Shown here piece by piece: positions 55,264 through 62,610 of a stretch of 64,000 nucleotides of DNA. Within the stretch, counting starts at the first letter, position 1. Each line of letters begins with the position of its first letter. The notes under the pieces are model-generated. The model was given only the letters and a program-made list of their open reading frames with translations. It was not told where the DNA came from and did no database searches. Source of the DNA: a bacterium (lineage in GTDB: Bacteria; Actinomycetota; Acidimicrobiia; Acidimicrobiales; Bin134); contig JAPOSH010000055.1 of the NCBI GenBank assembly GCA_026709815.1, positions 4,363 through 68,362 of the forward strand, given 5' to 3'. A program made the position numbers and the translations under genes.

Positions 55264-56142
55264 ATGATCATTGGCCTCGCTCTTGGAACAGTCATAGGGG
55301 TCGGACTCGCTGTTGCTTTCTGGGGATTCTTTCCCCCGCGAAAGCCATTGAACATCCGACTCAATGAACTCGAACAGTTTGATGACAGCCATAATTCAAA
55401 AAGCATACTACGCCATCGTCTTGGCTCAGTAGCTGCAAAGCTCTCCTGGCATGGAGGGTCGCGCCGTCACCGAGTAGAACGCGACCTGAGGATTGTAGGT
55501 CAAAGCGCTGAAGAGATGGCCGTGACCAAGCTGGTTATGTTGCTGTTAGGCGTAGGATTGCCTATTGGAGTGTGGATCATCTCATGGCTTGGTCATGTAT
55601 GGATCTCCCCCACACTCGTGGCAACAGCATCTCTCTTAACAGGAGGATTACTTTTTGTTGTGCCCGATTTATCATTGCGCGAAAGAGCTCGAAATCGACA
55701 CCGTGAACTGCTTCAGCAGATTAGTGTATACTTGGATTTAGTGAGCCTCCATCTAGCGGGAGGTGCAGGATTAGATCGAGCGCTAGAAGAGTCAGCTGCA
55801 CAGGGAATGGCATGGGGTTTTGTAGAATTCAAACGAGTACTTGCACAAGCAAAGTTGACCAATGAGTCTCCATGGACTGCATTTGAAAAACTAGGACAAG
55901 AGCTTGGCTCTCCTGAACTTGAAGAACTGGGCTCATGGCTCTTTCTAGCCGGATACTCTGGATCGCGAGTGCGATCCTCTCTGCAAATCAAAGCTCGAGG
56001 ATTGCGAGAGCGAGCTCTGCACGAGGCTGAGACTCGAGCTCAACAAGCTACGGAACGCATGTCGCTGCCAGTGGTGCTCATGTTCTCAGGCTTTCTCGGA
56101 CTGATCGGCTATCCAGCCTTGGCTGCGCTTACTAGCGCATGA
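55264..56142 (+). CDS. type II secretion system F-family membrane protein (TadC-like)
   Basis: 292 aa with the same architecture (LPVVLMFSGFLGLIGYPALA at the C-terminus). Starts 2 nt after the TadB-like stop. Confidence 0.7.
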   Translation: MIIGLALGTVIGVGLAVAFWGFFPPRKPLNIRLNELEQFDDSHNSKSILRHRLGSVAAKLSWHGGSRRHRVERDLRIVGQSAEEMAVTKLVMLLLGVGLPIGVWIISWLGHVWISPTLVATASLLTGGLLFVVPDLSLRERARNRHRELLQQISVYLDLVSLHLAGGAGLDRALEESAAQGMAWGFVEFKRVLAQAKLTNESPWTAFEKLGQELGSPELEELGSWLFLAGYSGSRVRSSLQIKARGLRERALHEAETRAQQATERMSLPVVLMFSGFLGLIGYPALAALTSA

Positions 56143-56185
56143 GTAAGACCCCGCTTACCCCTTCTCAACATATAAGGAGACAGAA

Positions 56186-56386
56186 ATGAAAACAGGAATC
56201 AAGCTCTACTTATTGGTATCCACAGCGAAAAACGCGCTCGAAAAACGAATTCGCGCGGCTTGGAAATGTGAGCAGGGTGATGTGACGTCAACGGTGATCA
56301 TGATTGCTGTCCTCGTTGCCGCCGCAGTGGCAGCCGGCGTGGTCATCACTAATTACATATCTGGCCAAACCAGCAAGATCAGCTGA
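56186..56386 (+). CDS. pilin-like small protein (atypical Flp-class prepilin)
   Basis: 66 aa: MKTGIKLYLLVSTAKNALEKRIRAAWKCEQG/DVTSTVIMIAVLVAAAVAAGVVITNYISGQTSKIS. AAGGAGA lies 8 nt before the ATG. The gene occupies the flp position, but the usual xxxEY after the Gly is absent. Confidence 0.5.
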   Translation: MKTGIKLYLLVSTAKNALEKRIRAAWKCEQGDVTSTVIMIAVLVAAAVAAGVVITNYISGQTSKIS

Positions 56387-56403
56387 GCGAGCCTGATCAA
56401 AGC

Positions 56404-56781
56404 ATGAAACGCGAGCGTGGAGAAGTGACCACCACCGTCTTGGCCGTTCCCATTGCCATGTTCCTGATCTTTATCACTATCCAAGCTGCCTTAGTGTTTC
56501 ACGCCCGATCCGTGGTTGATGCTGCAGCTCAAAATGGTGCTCTAGCGGGCCAAAGTGAAATGGGAACCGAAGCCGCAGTGCATTCCGCCGTCTGGTCAAT
56601 AATAGGACCAAGCGAAAAAAATCTGCTATCGGACATGGAAATCGCCATTGAAACGAATCCAAGCCGCTTGTCAGTTACGGTGCATGCCACCGTCAAGTCG
56701 CTGATCCCTGGATTTGCTCCGAAAATCGCCTCTACTGCTGCCGGTCCTCGAGAGGTCTTCATCTCACGGAGCCGACGATGA
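56404..56781 (+). CDS. TadE-like protein
   Basis: 125 aa. ERGEVTTTVLAVPIAMFLIFITIQAALVF follows the TadE N-terminal pattern. Confidence 0.65.
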   Translation: MKRERGEVTTTVLAVPIAMFLIFITIQAALVFHARSVVDAAAQNGALAGQSEMGTEAAVHSAVWSIIGPSEKNLLSDMEIAIETNPSRLSVTVHATVKSLIPGFAPKIASTAAGPREVFISRSRR

Positions 56782-57233
56782 ACGACCAAACCCAGCCGTA
56801 CCGGCTAGTCGGTGAAACAGCAGAGCGTGGCAGCAGCATGGTCGAACTAACCCTCTTCACCCCGATTATGGTCGCTCTCCTGTTCTTTGTGATCGCGGCA
56901 GGCCGTGTGGGAACGATTCAAAGCAAATTAACTGCTGCTGCTAGCGGCGCTGCTCGCGCCGCCGCCCAGCACCAGTCAATCCCAACAGCCCAAGCAGCCG
57001 CCACGATGACGGCCGAAGCCTCCTTGCGTCATTCGGATCTAGGTTGTGCGAACGGGCCGAAAGTGTACTTCCAAGAGTTGAACCTGAGCCCTGGCGGCAA
57101 AGTCATGCTGCGAATCTCATGCGCCGTGCGACTATCGGATCTAGCCTTGCCCGGATTGCCCGGCAATTTGGAGGTGTCCGCGGCTTCGGTGTCAGTGGTG
57201 GACCGCTATCGAAGCGAAAGCGCTTCGCCATGA
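56778..57233 (+). CDS. TadE-like protein
   Basis: 151 aa. ERGSSMVELTLFTPIMVALLFFVIAAG. ATGA overlap with the upstream gene. Confidence 0.65.
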   Translation: MNDQTQPYRLVGETAERGSSMVELTLFTPIMVALLFFVIAAGRVGTIQSKLTAAASGAARAAAQHQSIPTAQAAATMTAEASLRHSDLGCANGPKVYFQELNLSPGGKVMLRISCAVRLSDLALPGLPGNLEVSAASVSVVDRYRSESASP

Positions 57234-57691
57234 CCAGCGTCATCGCACAAGAACGTTTCTGCAATGGCAAGACCACAAGAAACAGCCAGTGCGGCCAAGT
57301 CACCGTGGTGTTCGTAATCCTGGCCCCAGTCTTGATCATGCTCGGAGGACTGACATACGACGGCGCCCAACTTCTGAACGCCAGACGAGAGGCATTCACA
57401 TTGGCCGCCGAAGCAGCCAGAGCCGGGGCTCAGGCCATCTCTGTCGAAACTGTCTATCGGGACACAAACAGTATGAACGTGGATTTAGCGCGAGCTCGAA
57501 TCGCCACTTCAGAATTTCTCGGCCCGCAGGCTGACTGGTCCCTTTCCGTGACAAACGACACGGTCACAACCACTGTTTGGCACCGCCAGCCTCTTCAATT
57601 CTTGTCATTGTTCGGAATCGATTCGCGCCGAGTGGCCGGCACCGCCACCGCTCGCGCGGTCAGAGGAATACAGACCGGAGACGATCTATGA
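57230..57691 (+). CDS. TadG-like (Tad N-terminal domain) pilus assembly protein
   Basis: Internal ATG at 57230 of track ORF 57044..57691, forming ATGA with the upstream stop. GQVTVVFVILAPVLIMLGGLTYDGAQLLNARREAFTLAAEAARAGA resembles the TadG-type N-terminus. Confidence 0.55.
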   Translation: MTSVIAQERFCNGKTTRNSQCGQVTVVFVILAPVLIMLGGLTYDGAQLLNARREAFTLAAEAARAGAQAISVETVYRDTNSMNVDLARARIATSEFLGPQADWSLSVTNDTVTTTVWHRQPLQFLSLFGIDSRRVAGTATARAVRGIQTGDDL

Positions 57692-60600
57692 AGCCGAACG
57701 AAGAGCTGCGTACCGAAATCCTCCACGGATTGACCGCGGCCGGAGCGCTGTGCGGACTGCTGATGGGGGTGCCGCTTTTGCTGATCTTCGGTGTCGGTTG
57801 GCCACTACCCGCTGGAATGCCATCAGGAGCAGAAGTGCTCGCCGCCTTCAAGACCGGAACGATTTCTCCCTCCATGATCTTGAAACCTATCTCAGTGGTG
57901 GTGTGGCTCCTCTGGTTGCAGATGACATCTGGGGTGGGAGTCGAGCTTTGGGCACACCTGAACGGTCGAGTAGCCCCCCGAGTCTCTGTCATTCCCCTGT
58001 TCATGCAGCGCTTGTCAGCCCGACTCATGGGCACGATCCTCCTCGTCGCTCTCTCAGTCCAACAGCCCGCAGCAGCGCTGGACGATAACCAAGAACTTCT
58101 TTCCCCGCCCACGATGGAATTAGGCAGCGGTCAGTCACAGACCGTTGAATCCTCCGTCGAAAGCTCTCTCACAAACCCCGCTTCAAGAATCAACGATGTC
58201 ATGGCGCAAGATTTTCTTGATCCTGTTCCTCTTCTTCACACTGTGGAGCGGCGCGACAGCCTTCGAGCGCTAGCGGCGCGGTATTTGGGAGACCCAAACC
58301 GATGGACTGAAGTGTTCGTCCTCAACCAGGGACAAATCCAAGAGGACGGGGAATCGCTGACCGATCCAGCACGGCTTCGGCCCGGATGGAAACTGATCAT
58401 GCCCACCGATGCCCAGCTTCCGACTGCCGGGGCATCTGCTTTTGATGAGATGGCAAATAGCGCCGACGCGCCAGTCCCGGAAACAGAAGATCTAGCTGCC
58501 CACCAAGACTCTGTCAACGGATCCGAACATTTCACAGTCACTGTGCAAGAGGGGGATACTTTATGGGATCTGGCGGAACATCATCTCAAAGATCCCGAAA
58601 GGTGGGTCGAGATCCTCGACCACAACCAGGACGTTATCCAAGATCCCGACATGATCTTGCCGGGATGGCAGCTCCAAGTGCCAGCCCAGGACAGCAAACC
58701 CAGCATAGTTCAGCTACCAATCCAACCATGGCCTGAACCAGTCGACTCTGGTGTCTTGAGCCGAAACGTCCGAGACGCATCAGACGAAGGCCAACCCCTC
58801 CGCCGCGTCGAACCCCGCCAAATTGTCGCCCCCGTTGCGGCGTTCACAACCGCCAAGCCCACGGTGGTGGCTAACATCGCAGCACCCACCGCCGAAGCTC
58901 GCCCCGAAAGTCAGACAACGCCCAGCAAACAAACAATGCTGGCGATAGGAGGGCTCGGGGTGTTCGTCAGCAGCCTCAGCTGGGTGCTTGTCCGACTGCG
59001 GAAAACCCAGCGGCGGCGCTTGCCGAGCGGTCGAATGCCCGTCGCCCTTTCCCATGACGCTGCACACTTAGACCAGCAATTGCAGGCGGTCGCCGATTCC
59101 GACAACGCCCTCTTCTTGGACGCCGCTTTGAGAGTCATGTCCTCTCGAGTGGGCGGCAATACACCACCCGAGATCATCGGCGTGACCCATGACACCGAAA
59201 GCGCATCTGTTCATCTCAGACACCCGGCGGATGCACCCCCTGGATTTCATCCCAGCAATAACAGCATGACCTGGACTCTGCGAAGGGGTGCTGGGCTGGA
59301 GGCGCTACTGGCTGAGGCTGATGACGTGCCCGCTCCGTTGCCGGCATTGGCCGCAGCAGGAACAAGTGATGGCCGCGAATGCCTGTTGAACCTCGAGCAC
59401 ATGGTCGCGCTGAGCCTGCATGGGGACCCGGCGCTCGTTGCCGATTTCTGCATTGCCATCGCCACTCAGCTGGCCAGCAGCCACCTCGCTGACGATCTGA
59501 CAGTGATCTGTGTGGGTTTCGGCCAAGAGCTGACCGTGTTTGAAAGGGTGGAACATGTGCCCGATGTCGCCGCGGCTCTCGAGCGGCTCCAGCATCACAA
59601 GCGTCAACACCAAGCCTTGCTCGGGAACCATCCCCCTCTGGTCGCCAGCAGGATTGGCACTAGCGGCGACTATTCACAGCCGATCGTGGTGCTGGCCCCC
59701 GACAGGCTGGCCGAAGAAGAGGCTACTCAAGTTCTCGGCGCTTGCGTTTCGCCGGTCTGTGTCGTGGCCCACGGACTCCAAGGTGCCGCCTGGTCGGGGC
59801 ACTTCGACGGCGACAACCTTCTGCTGGAGCCGATCGGCCTGCGGCTGAAGGCCCACTGTCTGTCGGGTGCCGCTTCTGCCGCCATCGCCGAATTAGCGGA
59901 AAACACCGCGGGCGCAGAGCAGCTTTCACCGCGGTGGACAGGGCGCCAGCACAACTCCGACATTGACTTCCCATTAGGAGCGGAATACGACCACCGGGAA
60001 AATCCGGGCATTGAAGTGCGAGTGTTGGGTCCGGTGGAAGTGATCGGCGCCAAGCAGCCGTTTGCCTCCCGGCGAGCCCTCGACCTGGTGGCGTTCTTGG
60101 CTTTCCATCCCGAGGGAGCTGACCGAGATCAGATGAAAGCTCAGCTGTGGCCGCCAGACCATCCGCCATCCAATTCAACTCTCGCCAACACCATCAGCCG
60201 CGCCCGCAAAGCCTTGGGAGCAGACGACGACGGCAAGCCATATTTGCCGCGCGCGAACTCAAATGGGATATACCGACTGCACGAAGGAATTGAAACTGAT
60301 GTGGATAGGTTCAAGGCCTTGGTGGACGCCGCTCGCGACGAGCCCGGGCCGCGGGGTCAAAGTTGTCTCCGAACGGCTCTGAAACTCGTGCGGGGAACTC
60401 CGTTCACCGGCGGCGGCGGGGATATGTACCGATGGGCCGATTTCGGACTTCGCACCCAGATCGAATGCTTGGTGGACACTGCGGCCCATGAACTGGCCAG
60501 TAGATGCATCGACGCAGGCGATCTCTCCGGCGCAGCCAGCGCGGCCATGACCAGTCTTCGGCTGGTGGGGGTGTGCGAGCAGTGCTACCGATGGCGGCTT

Positions 60601-60762
60601 ATAGCCGCGGCCGACAACCCCACGGAGATGCGCAAGATCATGGCCGAGCTGGACAACTTGTTGAAACGGGAAAGTCCTCAGGGTGGCCCCGATGACCTGG
60701 TTCGCTCTAACCTGCTGGAACTCAGCCAGCAGCTGATGTCGGGCCACAAGACCTTCAACTAG
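57688..60762 (+). CDS. polytopic membrane protein with two LysM domains and a C-terminal SARP-type module (OmpR-like winged helix + BTAD)
   Basis: Start at the ATG at 57688 (ATGA with the upstream stop); 1024 aa. Three N-terminal hydrophobic helices. LysM-like repeats at 58237-58404 (HTVERRDSLRALAARYLGDPNRW...LRPGWKLIMP) and 58531-58683 (FTVTVQEGDTLWDLAEHHLKDPERW...ILPGWQLQVP). TM at 58936-58995. From 60010: IEVRVLGPVEV...SRRALDLVAFLAFHPEGADRDQMKAQLWP...YRL, followed by DVDRFKALV... helical repeats (BTAD-like). Confidence 0.8.
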   Translation: MKPNEELRTEILHGLTAAGALCGLLMGVPLLLIFGVGWPLPAGMPSGAEVLAAFKTGTISPSMILKPISVVVWLLWLQMTSGVGVELWAHLNGRVAPRVSVIPLFMQRLSARLMGTILLVALSVQQPAAALDDNQELLSPPTMELGSGQSQTVESSVESSLTNPASRINDVMAQDFLDPVPLLHTVERRDSLRALAARYLGDPNRWTEVFVLNQGQIQEDGESLTDPARLRPGWKLIMPTDAQLPTAGASAFDEMANSADAPVPETEDLAAHQDSVNGSEHFTVTVQEGDTLWDLAEHHLKDPERWVEILDHNQDVIQDPDMILPGWQLQVPAQDSKPSIVQLPIQPWPEPVDSGVLSRNVRDASDEGQPLRRVEPRQIVAPVAAFTTAKPTVVANIAAPTAEARPESQTTPSKQTMLAIGGLGVFVSSLSWVLVRLRKTQRRRLPSGRMPVALSHDAAHLDQQLQAVADSDNALFLDAALRVMSSRVGGNTPPEIIGVTHDTESASVHLRHPADAPPGFHPSNNSMTWTLRRGAGLEALLAEADDVPAPLPALAAAGTSDGRECLLNLEHMVALSLHGDPALVADFCIAIATQLASSHLADDLTVICVGFGQELTVFERVEHVPDVAAALERLQHHKRQHQALLGNHPPLVASRIGTSGDYSQPIVVLAPDRLAEEEATQVLGACVSPVCVVAHGLQGAAWSGHFDGDNLLLEPIGLRLKAHCLSGAASAAIAELAENTAGAEQLSPRWTGRQHNSDIDFPLGAEYDHRENPGIEVRVLGPVEVIGAKQPFASRRALDLVAFLAFHPEGADRDQMKAQLWPPDHPPSNSTLANTISRARKALGADDDGKPYLPRANSNGIYRLHEGIETDVDRFKALVDAARDEPGPRGQSCLRTALKLVRGTPFTGGGGDMYRWADFGLRTQIECLVDTAAHELASRCIDAGDLSGAASAAMTSLRLVGVCEQCYRWRLIAAADNPTEMRKIMAELDNLLKRESPQGGPDDLVRSNLLELSQQLMSGHKTFN

Positions 60763-60800
60763 GTTCTGGGCAACTAGCTTCTGGGCAACTAGCTTCTGGG
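60756..60800. repeat. three tandem copies of a 15-bp unit CAACTAG[G/C]TTCTGGG
   Basis: Units at 60756-60770, 60771-60785 and 60786-60800. The first unit contains the TAG stop of the LysM-SARP gene. Units 2 and 3 are identical and unit 1 differs at one base. Confidence 0.9.
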
Positions 60801-60877
60801 CCCTTCAGCGTCCCTGTCAAAGAGCGACCAGCCCCCAATATCGGATATGACACATCCCGGCGATAGTCTGCACTCCT

Positions 60878-61207
60878 ATGGCTGATGCCGCTGAGCCGAA
60901 GGAAGAACCGACCGCGGCCTCAATTCTGGGGCTTTCAGAAGACTGGCCAGAGCAGGCTGCCGATGCCGTTGTGAACGCCGTGGACAAGGTCCGCGGGGTG
61001 ACCACCGGTCCAGTGGTCAGCTTCACTCGCCTATTGGCCTATCTCATCTTTGGGGTGTTTCCCCTGGTTATCGTGCTAGTGCTAGGTCTTATCGCCGCAG
61101 TGCGCGGGTTGGAGGTGGCTCTCGGCCGGGCATGGGCAGCCCACGGCATACTCGGCCTGATCTTCGTTTCGCTCGGTGCTTACGCCTGGTCAAGGCGGCC
61201 TTCATGA
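60878..61207 (+). CDS. small membrane protein upstream of trxB
   Basis: 109 aa with two predicted TM helices (LLAYLIFGVFPLVIVLVLGLIAAV; ILGLIFVSLGAYAW). The stop overlaps the trxB start (ATGA at 61204-61207). Confidence 0.5.
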   Translation: MADAAEPKEEPTAASILGLSEDWPEQAADAVVNAVDKVRGVTTGPVVSFTRLLAYLIFGVFPLVIVLVLGLIAAVRGLEVALGRAWAAHGILGLIFVSLGAYAWSRRPS

Positions 61208-62169
61208 CCGACGTTCGCCGCGTGATCATCATCGGTTCAGGGCCAGCTGGGCTGACCGCAGCCATCTATTCGGCGCGTGCCAACCTCGCCCCTTTGGTCA
61301 TTGAAGGCGAACCGTCGTCCACCAGCGACCAGCCCGGCGGGCAGCTGATGCTCACCACCGATGTGGAGAACTATCCCGGCTTCCCCGAGGGCATCATGGG
61401 CCCAGAGCTGATGCTCAATTTCCGAGAGCAGGCCCAGCGATTCGGCGCGGAGATGCTCACCGACAAAGTCACCCGGGTCGATTTGTCGGGACCGCCCCAT
61501 GGCGTTTGGGTCGGAGATCCCAATGCGCCCGAGCCCACCTATCGGACATGGGCGGTCATCGTGTCCACCGGCGCTCGGTCGCTCATGTTGGGGCTCGAAG
61601 CCGAGGAGCGGCTCATCGGTCACGGTCTCTCCACTTGCGCCACTTGTGATGGATTCTTCTTCCGCGATCAGCACATCGCCGTGGTCGGGGGCGGAGATTC
61701 TGCCATGGAGGAAGCCACTTTTTTAACTCGTTTTACCTCGAAAGTTACGGTTATACATCGAAGAGACGAGTTAAGAGCCTCGAAAATCATGCAAGAACGC
61801 GCTTTCGCCAACAGTCGCATCGAGTTCTTGTGGAACAGCGCAGTAACCGACATCCGCGGCGAGGACAAGGTCACAGGCGTTGCCGTGCAGAACACGGTCA
61901 CCGGAGAGTCTTCGGTGTTAGACGTGACCGGACTGTTCATTGCCATCGGCCACCGACCCAATACCGACCTGTTCGAAGGGCAATTGAAGCGCAAGGAGAA
62001 CGGGTACCTCATTACCGAGTCTGACTCCAGCCGAACTGAAATTGAAGGGGTGTTCGCCTGCGGAGACGTGCAAGATGACTACTACCGCCAGGCAGTGACT
62101 GCGGCTGGTTCAGGCTGCATGGCGGCCATTGACACTGAACGGTGGCTGGAGTCGGCTGGACACGGTTAA
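61204..62169 (+). CDS. trxB: thioredoxin-disulfide reductase
   Basis: MTDVRRVIIIGSGPAGLTAAIY, redox-active CATCDG, GGGDSAMEEA, and C-terminal GDVQD...YRQAVTAAGSGC. Confidence 0.9.
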   Translation: MTDVRRVIIIGSGPAGLTAAIYSARANLAPLVIEGEPSSTSDQPGGQLMLTTDVENYPGFPEGIMGPELMLNFREQAQRFGAEMLTDKVTRVDLSGPPHGVWVGDPNAPEPTYRTWAVIVSTGARSLMLGLEAEERLIGHGLSTCATCDGFFFRDQHIAVVGGGDSAMEEATFLTRFTSKVTVIHRRDELRASKIMQERAFANSRIEFLWNSAVTDIRGEDKVTGVAVQNTVTGESSVLDVTGLFIAIGHRPNTDLFEGQLKRKENGYLITESDSSRTEIEGVFACGDVQDDYYRQAVTAAGSGCMAAIDTERWLESAGHG

Positions 62170-62230
62170 ACCGTGTGGCCGCTGATAGGCTGCTCTGTGC
62201 TGTCCGATGCAAATGAAGGGACCACCAAAG

Positions 62231-62560
62231 ATGGCCGAAAGCATCACCACGCTCACCAATGAGACCTTTGACGAGGTGATCAAAAGCGCCGAGCTGCCGG
62301 TTGTTGTCGATTTCTGGGCTGAGTGGTGTGGCCCATGCAAGATGATCGCTCCCATCCTCGACGAGATCGCCGTCGAACAAGCCGGAACGATTAGCGTGGC
62401 CAAGCTCAACGTCGACGATGCCCAAGATGTCGCGCTGCGATATCAAGTGATGAGCATACCTACGCTTATTGTATTCAAGGACGGAGAACCCGCCAAGCGG
62501 ATCGTCGGCGCCAAGGGCAAGCAGCAGCTGCTTCAGGAGATCGGCGAAGTCGCTTTTTAG
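62231..62560 (+). CDS. trxA: thioredoxin
   Basis: MAESITTLTNETFDEV...VVDFWAEWCGPCKMIAPIL (the WCGPC motif). Start chosen at the ATG at 62231 within track ORF 62207..62560. Confidence 0.9.
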   Translation: MAESITTLTNETFDEVIKSAELPVVVDFWAEWCGPCKMIAPILDEIAVEQAGTISVAKLNVDDAQDVALRYQVMSIPTLIVFKDGEPAKRIVGAKGKQQLLQEIGEVAF

Positions 62561-62610
62561 CCGTCCAAAGGCACTCATAGTCTTCAGGAGGCTCGGCAGG
62601 AGGGTAGGTC

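Noticed and set aside
51580-60880. att-like direct repeats flanking the Tad-like operon.
   Set aside because: The only similarity is a weak one of about 10 nt (CCAA..TATCGG near 51657 and 60834). It is compatible with chance, and there is no integrase or tRNA at either edge.
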